A DNA stretch of 63,979 bases, the filler included, from Barthelona sp. PAP020 (Eukaryota): NCBI GenBank assembly GCA_040182905.1. It is 4 parts of 4 records of this genome, joined end to end, with 100 filler letters (N's around TTAATTAATTAA, not from the genome) between each part and the next. Parts side by side here need not be neighbours in the genome. Positions count along the whole stretch, not along the records: positions 17,606 to 35,011 come from JARQWU010000241.1; positions 35,112 to 52,515 come from JARQWU010000242.1; 2 more parts are not named here. The stretch is one strand, 5' to 3'. How positions within the stretch are numbered: the first letter of the stretch is position 1; each line of letters starts with the position of its first letter. Shown here piece by piece: positions 32,211 to 41,925 of the stretch. Under the pieces are notes generated by a model. That model saw only the letters and a list, made by a program, of their open reading frames with translations, did no database searches and was not told the DNA's origin. The position numbers were made by a program, and so were the translations under genes.

Positions 32211-33554
32211 TTAATTTTCAATGTCAAAATCAAATAAAGTAGAATAATTAGGCCAAATCATAGGTGATTTCATTGCTCCAATATTATCATCTTGTCTAGT
32301 GATCATCATCAAAGCATGTGAAATGATATGGTGTTTCATGATTCTCTTGATAGGAGATTCTGTTGCCTTCAAAACGTCACTAAAAAAAAGATGAAAAAAA
32401 TATTCCAAGGTATTTTCAATCATCAAATTCAAATTTTCAGGTGCTGAATTGTTTGCCAAAACTTTCAAAACTTCGTCAAGATTAGCAAGAATGAATTTTT
32501 CTGCGCATTTATCTGTATTGATTTTCTGAATTTTTGATATGGCCATAATTTTATCTTCAGTAGAAAGAGTATCATTACTGATCAACTTTAAAATACATAA
32601 CAGACAATCTAAATGGTAATCAAAAGAATGGATGGAAGTTTCCTTTAATTCAGGTAATATGTCATTAGTCTTTAGCAAAGATATTGCCAGATCAAAATCT
32701 TTATACCAAAGATCGTTCAATTGTATTAAGAAATTAACATGCTTCAAATTAATGGGGAAATCAGTGGGAATAAAGGATTCATTATTCATAATACGTTGAA
32801 CAGTACCAAAGTGTCTTTTCAACAATAAATGAATTATAATGTTATGTTGAAGCGTTGAGGAATTACTATAGTTACTTATTTCATTAATCTTGTTCAAAAC
32901 GTTTTTCAATGAAAAGGGTGAAAATTCAGTTTGAGTAAATTGACTTAATTTGACAGTGATTGTACAGGGTTTTAAAAATTGTAAAAAAATAAAATTGTTA
33001 TTCGGTCCAGTGAAATCACTATCATTTGCTAAATTAGCGTGTTGATAAAAATTGGATCGATGTTGATTCGGCGCCTTTAAAAAAGGTCGATTATGCAACA
33101 ATTCATTGTTACGTATTATAAAGAAATAACCATCCTTTGTTATTCCAATACCTAACGTTTGACCATTTTCCAATGAATTATTAAAAGATATTGCTTCAGT
33201 AAAATGACGTTTCAAACATGTTTTACTCACAGAAATCACACCATTATGCACATTTGATTTATTAAATTGTAATCCATTAACATCATCTAATGTATAAGGA
33301 TCAATATCAGTAGATATTATATTGAACTCAAAATCTTGACTATCAATATTGTCTAAAATTATTTCAAAATATTCAATATAATGAGAACTTTCAATCAAAT
33401 TATATCCTAGTGCCAACAAACCATTAGGTTCTTTCAATATATATTGTCCTAATGTTGAAGAAGTATTAAATTTTTCTGATGTCAACAATCTAATCATATT
33501 TAAATCACCAGTTCCATATTGTGTGGGATCTAAATGATCATAAAAGTATTGCAT
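32211..33554 (-). CDS. RanBPM/RanBP10-like SPRY-LisH-CTLH-CRA protein (GID/CTLH complex)
   Basis: SPRY-like YFEI and GQTLGIG..FFIIRNNELL; LisH-like IIIHLLLKRHFGTV; CRA-like ESPIKRIMKH; first ATG 33554, true start uncertain. Confidence 0.6.
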   Translation of the reverse strand: MQYFYDHLDPTQYGTGDLNMIRLLTSEKFNTSSTLGQYILKEPNGLLALGYNLIESSHYIEYFEIILDNIDSQDFEFNIISTDIDPYTLDDVNGLQFNKSNVHNGVISVSKTCLKRHFTEAISFNNSLENGQTLGIGITKDGYFFIIRNNELLHNRPFLKAPNQHRSNFYQHANLANDSDFTGPNNNFIFLQFLKPCTITVKLSQFTQTEFSPFSLKNVLNKINEISNYSNSSTLQHNIIIHLLLKRHFGTVQRIMNNESFIPTDFPINLKHVNFLIQLNDLWYKDFDLAISLLKTNDILPELKETSIHSFDYHLDCLLCILKLISNDTLSTEDKIMAISKIQKINTDKCAEKFILANLDEVLKVLANNSAPENLNLMIENTLEYFFHLFFSDVLKATESPIKRIMKHHIISHALMMITRQDDNIGAMKSPMIWPNYSTLFDFDIEN

Positions 33555-33693
33555 TGGGTTTGAAAAAAATAAATTAACAATATCATACCAACTCAAATCA
33601 ACACTTTTTTCACTTCTTTAAGAAATTTTTTTACAGTTCTTGAAACACTTGTTCAATTTTTTATAACTTATTTAATGAATTACACATTTAAAA

Positions 33694-34377
33694 ATGATAA
33701 CAAGAGACAATGACATTAAAAAAGTGCAATTTAAATCTTCGAAAATGAATTTCAGATCAAAATTAACACAAAAAAAAACATTTAAATCATCTAAAAACTC
33801 CAAAACATCAATTTCAGAACAACAAAAAATTAGAGCTTACAGTTTTCCCAAAGGTAAAAGGAAATTTGAAACAAAACTTCTTGAAAATGGTCAATTAAAT
33901 GATTTATCTTGTCACAGTGATATAATTTTCAAGCCTACTAGAAATTTTGAAAATTGTTTGGATCGAACTGCAAAAGGAATTTGTATTCCTGAAATTGATG
34001 TAAATCCACCTCCTAATTCGTATAATTTGGAAAAATCAGGCCAATATTTCAATAAAAATATTTGTTATTCTTTTCGTAGTGATAAGCGAAGTCATGAAAT
34101 CATTGTAAAACATGATCTTCCAGAATTTTATGAGTCAATTGATTTAGATAAAGTTAGACCTTCCACAGCTGATTGTATTATTGATTTAAAGAAAACTGTT
34201 GGTAGAGATAATAAATCGATTTATATGACCGAAAAAAGAAGACCAAAAGCTTTATCAATGAATAAAAACAAAGGAAATGATACCAAAGTTCAGCACTATG
34301 AGTCAAAACAGGGGGAAATAAAGAAACTTTTGGTAAAAATGGACCAAATGTTATCTGTATTAAATGAAGAATATTGA
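33694..34377 (+). CDS. Hypothetical basic protein
   Basis: 227-aa ATG ORF; PPPNSY motif reminiscent of axonemal PGP-type repeats. Confidence 0.6.
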   Translation: MITRDNDIKKVQFKSSKMNFRSKLTQKKTFKSSKNSKTSISEQQKIRAYSFPKGKRKFETKLLENGQLNDLSCHSDIIFKPTRNFENCLDRTAKGICIPEIDVNPPPNSYNLEKSGQYFNKNICYSFRSDKRSHEIIVKHDLPEFYESIDLDKVRPSTADCIIDLKKTVGRDNKSIYMTEKRRPKALSMNKNKGNDTKVQHYESKQGEIKKLLVKMDQMLSVLNEEY

Positions 34378-34481
34378 CAAAAGAAGAAATTTTGTTTGTT
34401 TTCGTTTAATTTTAAAACGAACAAAAAGAGAAAAAAAACACCACTTGTATAAATATTTATATCCTCAATGAAATCGTTTTT

Positions 34482-34805
34482 TTTTTCATAAATTTTTAAA
34501 GACTTTAATTTTTATGTTGATCCATTATATTGGACCCTACGGTGGTTAAAAATTTTCGGAGAAGAAGAGTCTGGGATGTTATCTGCCGAAAAAGAAGAAT
34601 GTGATTACAAGGATTAAATTTAAAACTTCTTGAAAGAAACAGGTTGTGAACTAACCTTATTTCTACGTTTGAGATTACTTTCTCCATTTTTCCACATTTG
34701 TTCGACTTCTCATCTGATGCTTCTTTCTCATCTAATATCTTTTTCGTGTGTCATACATGTCCCATTTGTGAAAATGTTTGAAAGATCTTAACACTTAATT
34801 TTTTT
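34482..34805. repeat. Degenerate dispersed repeat, copy 2
   Basis: Direct-orientation similarity to 17673-18000. Confidence 0.85.
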
Positions 34806-35011
34806 TGTTTTCTGAGTATTTTTCACTGGTTAATTATTTGAATGCTTACAATTTTGTTCGTTTGTAATAAAGACTACATTTTCTATTTATTTCCAAGTCA
34901 AATGTGGAAGTTCATGCTCAATGAACGGAATTTATTGGAGATATAAAGAGGTCATCAAATATCACTTCCTTTATTTGTTGTTTCTTGACCACCTTTAGGT
35001 CCAATTTTTTT

Positions 35012-35111
35012 NNNNNNNNNNNNNNNNNNNNNNNNNNNNNNNNNNNNNNNNNNNNTTAATTAATTAANNNNNNNNNNNNNNNNNNNNNNNNNNNNNNNNN
35101 NNNNNNNNNNN
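35012..35111. other. Artificial contig spacer
   Basis: N44-TTAATTAATTAA-N44. Confidence 0.98.
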
Positions 35112-36024
35112 AAGAACAAAAGAGACTTGGTCAATATTTCTTTATGAATCAATAGTTTAAGAATAAACTTTTAGATTGTGCGGTTTATAATTTTTTTTGA
35201 AGTAAATTGATTAGCCTGCTTTTTGTTTTCAAAAAAAGAAATGCATGATTTAACATTTCAACTACCCAGTGGTTTTTTTTACCAGCGACAAATCCTGGTC
35301 AATTTAGAAAAAAAAAAAGAAATAGCTTTCAAAAAAATAAAATAAATATTTACGATTCTTTTTGATAAGAATGAACAATTGCTCCTTTGGACAAGTTCAA
35401 ATCAAATAACTTCAAAATAATAAGAAATTTATTATCTTAAATTCGATATACTACATAAAAACTCAAGCTCTAAGAATATTTGAAAGAAAGCAAAAAGGGG
35501 ATACATAATTGTTCCACCAAAAATTCTATTTTGTTGAAATATGGAAATTATATGGTTGATAATCAAATTAACATAAATGGTCCACTTTTTATTATAAAAA
35601 ATAAATTGTCAAAAAATCAAATTTGATAAATTCTGTATTTTTCTATTCATAAAACTCCAACAAAACAATGGCAATCAAAAAACGAATCGATTTTTTCAAA
35701 AGAACATTGAAATAATTTTTGTTATTAATTATTCTAAATTCATGTTCACCAAGTCAAGATCATAAAAATCTTAACAGTTTTAAATAAAAGAGTGGAGAAA
35801 CACTGCGAGGTAAAAAAGGTTTTTACAATTTGAAAAAATTGGACTTTGGTCCAGCCAAAGTAAAGAGTCTTTTGCGTGTTAATTTGACTTTAATATTGTA
35901 TATTTTATTCAAAACATTAATATTTACACATTAGAATACATTTATTGTGGGACCTACTGCATCAACAACACAAGATTCAAATAATACAGATAGTGACTGT
36001 ATTTTGAATAATAACGGTAATAAT

Positions 36025-38301
36025 ATGCATACCGAAGAAGAAGAAATGTGTAACACACATGCAAAAAGTAATTCTTCACAATCTTTGAAGAAAGATAACA
36101 AAAATGATTTAACTGACAAGATACAAAATGATTTCAATCCATCCTTTAGTCATTCGGAAACTTTTGATTCTTCAAAAAAAAGAAAATGTTTGACTAGACC
36201 TTCAGAAATTAAAGTTAATGATACAGACAATGAAAATTGTGATTTGGTTGTTTATGAACATGATGTTATTTGTAATTTACAAGGCGATGAGTTTGTTGTA
36301 TTGTCTTTATTAGGACATGGTACATTTGGTCAAGTATTTGAAGTTATTGACAAAGAAAGTGAAAAAAAATATGCGATTAAGGTCATAAAGAACAAACCAG
36401 CATATCATCGTCAAGGAAAGGTGGAAGTTCGAGTTTTAGAAACCATACAAGAAAAGGCTAAAGAAAAAGGTTTAGAAAGCAACGCGTATCCTCTATTGGA
36501 TCATTGGGAATTTAAGTCTCATTTATGTTTACAATTCCCCCTTTTAGGCAAGAATCTCTATGATATCATTAAAGCCAACCATTTTAGAGGAATTTCATTG
36601 GAAGCTATACGAATCATTGTAAAGCAGATTTTACAGTGTATGGTTTTATTGGATGAATGTCAAATTATTCATTCAGATCTTAAACCTGAAAATATTTTGC
36701 TTAATGAGGATGGTACATTAAGCATATCAGTTATCGATTTTGGATCTGCTTGCGCCATTTCAAAAACCCTTTATTCATATGTTCAATCCAGATTTTATCG
36801 TTCTCCTGAAGTTCTTGTTGGATTACCGTATACAAATTCAATTGATATGTGGTCATTGGGATGTATTGTTGCAGAGTTGTATATTGGTTTGCCCTTATTC
36901 CCTGGAGTTAGTGAATATAATCAAATTTGCAGAGTTATTGAAATGTGTGGACCATTGCCAGACTACATGATCCGTTATGGTAGTCGAACCAGTCGTTATT
37001 TCCAACCCAGAGAAAATTATGATCAACAACAAAGTCAACGTCGTATAGTTCGAAGAAGGGGACATGATTATGAATACGATGCTGACAGACCTTATGATGA
37101 AAAAGATTGTTTTTACAGGCTGAAAACAGAGCAAGAATTATTGAAAGAGAAGGGTATAAAAATGCCACCTCAGCGGAGATATTTCAGATATAGATATTTA
37201 CCTGATTTAATTCACAATTATCCTATAACACATCCTTCTGCAAGGATAATGGATGAAAAAGCTGTATTAGAACATTTGTTTAAAGATTTAAAATTAAACT
37301 CCTCTCGTGTTGAAAGAAAACAACCTCAGAAAATTAATTTAAGTGAAGAAGAGATTCAATGGATAAGGTATGAAAGGTCCATTTTTATTAACTTTATTGA
37401 GCATTGTTTAATATTAGATCCATGGCAAAGAATAACACCTAGACAAGCTTTATTGCATCCTTTTGTGAATAAACAACCATTTTTGAAAGATTTTGCATTA
37501 ATTCCAGATCAATTACCGAGAGACCGTTTGTCTTCATTATATTCCTCTTTTGATATTCGAGGATCTGTACGTAATCTTAGTATTCCAACCAGTACTGTTA
37601 TTGGTAACATTTCTGATTTGGTAAAAGAACAATTAGAATCATATATACATGCTTTAAGAGCAAGACAAGATACGATTGACGAGGAAGATGATACAAATAG
37701 TAGAGATAATGCTTCTCCAGATTTGGATATGTCTCCTTCAATTAACAAATCCAAAATTCCAAGAAATTCAAAACCTTCTCAGAAGACCTCAGATAATGGC
37801 TTAATGAGTTCATTGTCTTTCCAATTACAAAATGTAAATCAAGAAGAAAATTCACAGAAATTTAAACAACCTTCGTCCAATGATCAACAACAAAGTAAAG
37901 ATGATGATGAGGAAGAATACATATTTAATTTCATGGAAGATCAATCACCTACTAAGAATAAAGTTCAAGTTGTCAGTCCTCCTGATATAAATTCAGAAAT
38001 TGATCAACCAATGGGTAGATTGAACAAACAAAGAACTTTTCAAGACCCTTCTTCATTATCTTACAAACCTTTATCTCATTTAACAAAACAAAACCAAAAT
38101 TTAGATCCTACTGCGCCAGAAGGATCTTTGGTACCTTGTGGAATGGGTATTCAACTGTCAAACAGAGTTCCTGTTGCCAACATGGCTGGAAGAGGTGCAC
38201 CAAAACCTATGAGTCATTCAATATCAAATGAGCCCAGTAGTAATTCCAAAGAAGAAGAAGAAGAAGAAGATTTAGAAATTGATTTTGGAAACAAAGAATG
38301 A
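36025..38301 (+). CDS. YAK1: Yak1-subfamily DYRK protein kinase
   Basis: DH box DNENCDLVV, LGHGTFGQV, AIKVIKNKPAY, HSDLKPEN, DFGSA, YSYVQSRFYRSPE; first ATG 36025. Confidence 0.9.
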   Translation: MHTEEEEMCNTHAKSNSSQSLKKDNKNDLTDKIQNDFNPSFSHSETFDSSKKRKCLTRPSEIKVNDTDNENCDLVVYEHDVICNLQGDEFVVLSLLGHGTFGQVFEVIDKESEKKYAIKVIKNKPAYHRQGKVEVRVLETIQEKAKEKGLESNAYPLLDHWEFKSHLCLQFPLLGKNLYDIIKANHFRGISLEAIRIIVKQILQCMVLLDECQIIHSDLKPENILLNEDGTLSISVIDFGSACAISKTLYSYVQSRFYRSPEVLVGLPYTNSIDMWSLGCIVAELYIGLPLFPGVSEYNQICRVIEMCGPLPDYMIRYGSRTSRYFQPRENYDQQQSQRRIVRRRGHDYEYDADRPYDEKDCFYRLKTEQELLKEKGIKMPPQRRYFRYRYLPDLIHNYPITHPSARIMDEKAVLEHLFKDLKLNSSRVERKQPQKINLSEEEIQWIRYERSIFINFIEHCLILDPWQRITPRQALLHPFVNKQPFLKDFALIPDQLPRDRLSSLYSSFDIRGSVRNLSIPTSTVIGNISDLVKEQLESYIHALRARQDTIDEEDDTNSRDNASPDLDMSPSINKSKIPRNSKPSQKTSDNGLMSSLSFQLQNVNQEENSQKFKQPSSNDQQQSKDDDEEEYIFNFMEDQSPTKNKVQVVSPPDINSEIDQPMGRLNKQRTFQDPSSLSYKPLSHLTKQNQNLDPTAPEGSLVPCGMGIQLSNRVPVANMAGRGAPKPMSHSISNEPSSNSKEEEEEEDLEIDFGNKE

Positions 38302-38477
38302 GAGGATGAAAGAATCAATGTCTCGTCTGGCAATTTGTTTTTATAAAGAACAATTTTTTATTAATTTTTTGTTTTACTGTTGACAATTTTAAAAAGTCTT
38401 TAAACTCAGAAATTGAACACACCATCAGTCAGAAAAAAAAGAAACAATTTTTTTCTTTTTTTGTTTTTATCAATTGA

Positions 38478-38999
38478 ATGGGTCGTAGAAAATCGAAAAA
38501 GGTCCAAAAAGCAAAACCAAAGAAAAGATTACCCAACAGATTTGATTGTCCCAGTTGTGATTATCCTGCAAGCGTTTTTATTGAAAAAGATATTTTGAAA
38601 TGTTCTAATTGCGGGTTACACTTCGATTTCAAGAGTCAATATCAAGGAAATTACAAACTAAAATTTACACATCCAATTGATTTTTACTATGCTTATTTGA
38701 AGGTCAGAAACGAAGGTAATGCTATGGGTTACAATGCAATGTTTATTGATGAAGAGCAAGCAGAAATGTTAAATGAAAGATCTCGTTTTATCAATGGAGA
38801 AAGGGCTTTAAATTATGATGAAGCTGAAGAACTTCGTAATGCTGACGATATTGGAGATGAGGATTCTGATGAAGATTTAGATGACGAGGAAGAAGAAGAA
38901 GAAGAGATTGTAAAAGGTGGTTTAGATCAAGCAAGGAAGGATGAAATTCAGAAAAAAGAAGACAATGAATTTGAAGATTCATTATTTGATGATTTATAA
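38478..38999 (+). CDS. ELF1: Transcription elongation factor Elf1 with acidic tail
   Basis: MGRRKS...FDCPSC...CSNCG...PIDFY zinc ribbon. Confidence 0.85.
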   Translation: MGRRKSKKVQKAKPKKRLPNRFDCPSCDYPASVFIEKDILKCSNCGLHFDFKSQYQGNYKLKFTHPIDFYYAYLKVRNEGNAMGYNAMFIDEEQAEMLNERSRFINGERALNYDEAEELRNADDIGDEDSDEDLDDEEEEEEEIVKGGLDQARKDEIQKKEDNEFEDSLFDDL

Positions 39000-39081
39000 A
39001 TATTATTTGCATGATTTTTGTTTGAAGTTAAAATTCTATTGAAAAAAAACTCACTCCAATTTTTAATCATTCCAAAATGCA

Positions 39082-40539
39082 ATGAACAAATTTGTCTTTT
39101 CCTTTTGTTTAATTACAATATTTTCTTTGTTGAAAATCAGTTTTGGACATGATTTAATTGATATTTTTATTGATTCGAAAAAAATTCCCGTTTGTTCTTT
39201 TATCAAAGGAATATTAAAAGATAACAGTTTTTCCAAATGTGATAAAGTTGGAGAAATACCTTTTGATCCGATGCAAAGAAGAAAGATCGATTCAAAATTG
39301 AATGAAGATTTGATACCTATTCCTGTTTTGGGATTTCCCACAATAATAAATCCATATTTTTTAGAACGAGCTGTTTATTCCATTGATTATCCAATAAAAA
39401 AATTATTTATTGGTTGGAATGGGAATTATAACAATATCAAGTGTGCCATTTTTAGAATTAAAGAAAATTTGGGGGATTTAGTTGAAATTAAGCAATATCC
39501 TGAGAATTTAGGTGTGAGTCCAATGTGGAACGAAATTGCTATGGCTGATGAAAATGCAGAATATTTTATTATCTCAAATGATGATGTTCGTTTCTTACCT
39601 GGTTCTTTAAAGAATGTGGCTGAACAAATGGAGAAAGAAAGAGATCTTTTAACAAAAGAAATACCTGCATTAATATATGGTTGCACTGCCCAAAGTGATA
39701 AGCATCCAATGTGGGAAGCCTTTATTGTGTCTCAAACAGCCTTTAAACTCGTGGGTACCTTTGATGAAAATTTCTACATCCTTTATTATGAAGATGATGA
39801 TTACAGAATTCGAAGTGAAATGGTTGGAATAGTTCCTGAGCGTTTGGAATCGTTTAAAATACATCATGGATATGAGGATCGTGTTGACTATATTTCTGGG
39901 ACCCGATTTGATCATCGTGGTGCTTTACCTGATGAATTAAAAGAACGAATTGAACGTTCTCCTCCGTTATATCATTATTTATGGCAAAAAGTTGGTCGAA
40001 AATATACCTATAAAAGCCCTTTCAATTTACCTGGGGCCGGACCTGGATTTTGGGCATGGAAATGGAACAGACCTTATTTTATTCGGAGCACAATGAATCG
40101 GGCAAATCGCAATTATTTCGAATTGGACCTACTATATTCTGTTCCGATGTATAAATATGGTGTCTTTCAAAAACCAAACGAAGAAACTAAAACTCATAAT
40201 GATATTGTTATTGATAACATTAATAATATATTTCCTTTAAAAAAAGACCAATTGCAGGACATATTGACTGACAATTCAGGTGAACTTATCTTTTCTGATT
40301 TTGAAAGCAAAAACAATGGCAAACAGCAAAAATATTCGACAAAATCAAATATTGAGAGCACTGAAAGCGTGGAAAATGTGATCTTTGATCAAGAATTTGA
40401 GGATATTGAAGAAGAATTGAATGAGCTTTATTCAGAAATGAATGAGATTTTAAAAATCAATGAACTTATTCGAAAAAGATCTGAAGAATTGAGTGAAAAG
40501 ATTCAAAAATTGTTTGACCATATTCAACAGATCAAATGA
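39082..40539 (+). CDS. GT2-like glycosyltransferase with signal/anchor peptide and coiled-coil tail
   Basis: ENLGVSPMWN, IISNDD, VGTFDENF...YEDDDYRIR. Confidence 0.75.
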   Translation: MNKFVFSFCLITIFSLLKISFGHDLIDIFIDSKKIPVCSFIKGILKDNSFSKCDKVGEIPFDPMQRRKIDSKLNEDLIPIPVLGFPTIINPYFLERAVYSIDYPIKKLFIGWNGNYNNIKCAIFRIKENLGDLVEIKQYPENLGVSPMWNEIAMADENAEYFIISNDDVRFLPGSLKNVAEQMEKERDLLTKEIPALIYGCTAQSDKHPMWEAFIVSQTAFKLVGTFDENFYILYYEDDDYRIRSEMVGIVPERLESFKIHHGYEDRVDYISGTRFDHRGALPDELKERIERSPPLYHYLWQKVGRKYTYKSPFNLPGAGPGFWAWKWNRPYFIRSTMNRANRNYFELDLLYSVPMYKYGVFQKPNEETKTHNDIVIDNINNIFPLKKDQLQDILTDNSGELIFSDFESKNNGKQQKYSTKSNIESTESVENVIFDQEFEDIEEELNELYSEMNEILKINELIRKRSEELSEKIQKLFDHIQQIK

Positions 40540-40657
40540 GTGCAAAAAAGCCTTACTGCAACTCAATTTTTTTCTACTTTCTGTATTCTCATTTCAGTTT
40601 GATTTCTTTTTTTTTTTCACCACAAATAAAAATTGAAACTAAATTTACTATTCATGT

Positions 40658-41848
40658 TTATTGGTCTATTAACACTGATTTCAGATAGTCTTGCATGCTT
40701 TCACTGTTTTCTTGAACTTTTTGTTGGATGTATAAAATTTCTTCGTCTTTTTCTTTTAACTTTTGTAATAACACACGATTTGAAGCAGTCAATTGCTCAT
40801 GACATTCAGTCAACATTCTACAAGTTTCTTCAAATGATCTTTCAAGTTGTGCTTCGAATCTCTCCTCAGATTCACTTTTAGTTTCTTGTTCATCAAAGTT
40901 TGAATGTTTGGATAATTTATTCTTCAACTTTTTATTCTCCTCTTCCAATTGAAATATTTCATCACTCTGTTCTCTCATTTCTTGCAATAGACCTTGAATT
41001 TGTTTTTGGTAATCTTCTTCCTTCTTCTTCGCCAAATTCAACATTTCAACATTTGAATTTGATGATGTTGATTGCAATGGCTGCAAAACTCTTCTTAGAC
41101 TATCAGATAATGCTTCTTCCTTTCCTGCAGCAGGTTCAACACCTAAAGCACTCAATAACTCAATTAAGGATTCAACTGTCTTTTCCAACAATAAAGAACC
41201 ATCAATTGGTGTAGCCATCACATTAGTACTATCCCTTTTACTGGGAGAATTGGAAATAATATCTCTTTCTTCAGGTGAATAAGGTACAGTTGGCAGAAAA
41301 ATATCAATATTCTCATTAACATGTACATCTTGAGAAATATTGGCCAATTTTTTTCCATGAATAGGATATTTTGCTGATGATGAAGTTTCAATAGCGCTTG
41401 CTTCAATTAATTCTTCATGAGTAACTCTTTTTCCATCTAAAACAGTTAATTTAGGTAAAATATTCAAAATTTTAACTCGATAGTTCTGCATCTTTGTTAT
41501 TGGATTCAGCCCTAAATTCAGATTTTTCAATTTATGCAAATTTTTCAATTTCTTTATCTCATCCAACGATTCAATATTGTTGTAATATAAATTCAAATCA
41601 TTGAGTTCAGTCAAATATTGAAAACCATCTAAAATCTCAATGGTGTTTCGATTCAAATCTAGCTTTTTCAGAGCTTGCAAATTTCTAAAACTATTGCCAA
41701 CTGAAATGATTCTAGCTTTTCTAGGCGTTCCGGGTAACGCCAATTGAGTCAAATGACTGAGATTTGTTGCATGAAATTTGGAATTATTGTTTGATATTTC
41801 TTGAATAATATATCGTTCTGTTAAAGTAATAGATTTGTTATGACTCAT
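40658..41848 (-). CDS. CEP72/LRRC36-like centrosomal LRR-coiled-coil protein
   Basis: LALPGT..IISVGNSF, LDLNRN, LNLYYNNIESL, LNPI..NYR..LPKLTVLD; ATG at 41848. Confidence 0.75.
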   Translation of the reverse strand: MSHNKSITLTERYIIQEISNNNSKFHATNLSHLTQLALPGTPRKARIISVGNSFRNLQALKKLDLNRNTIEILDGFQYLTELNDLNLYYNNIESLDEIKKLKNLHKLKNLNLGLNPITKMQNYRVKILNILPKLTVLDGKRVTHEELIEASAIETSSSAKYPIHGKKLANISQDVHVNENIDIFLPTVPYSPEERDIISNSPSKRDSTNVMATPIDGSLLLEKTVESLIELLSALGVEPAAGKEEALSDSLRRVLQPLQSTSSNSNVEMLNLAKKKEEDYQKQIQGLLQEMREQSDEIFQLEEENKKLKNKLSKHSNFDEQETKSESEERFEAQLERSFEETCRMLTECHEQLTASNRVLLQKLKEKDEEILYIQQKVQENSESMQDYLKSVLIDQ

Positions 41849-41925
41849 TATAATAATCAATCACAAAATTGATGAGGTCAAAATTAAATAAATTTATTAT
41901 TTTAACGAGCCTAATTTTTTTGATA

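Noticed and set aside
35791..35946. Extra upstream exon or readthrough for Yak1
   Set aside because: Upstream in-frame stretch lacks an ATG and there is no CTAAY branch motif before the TAG at 35932.
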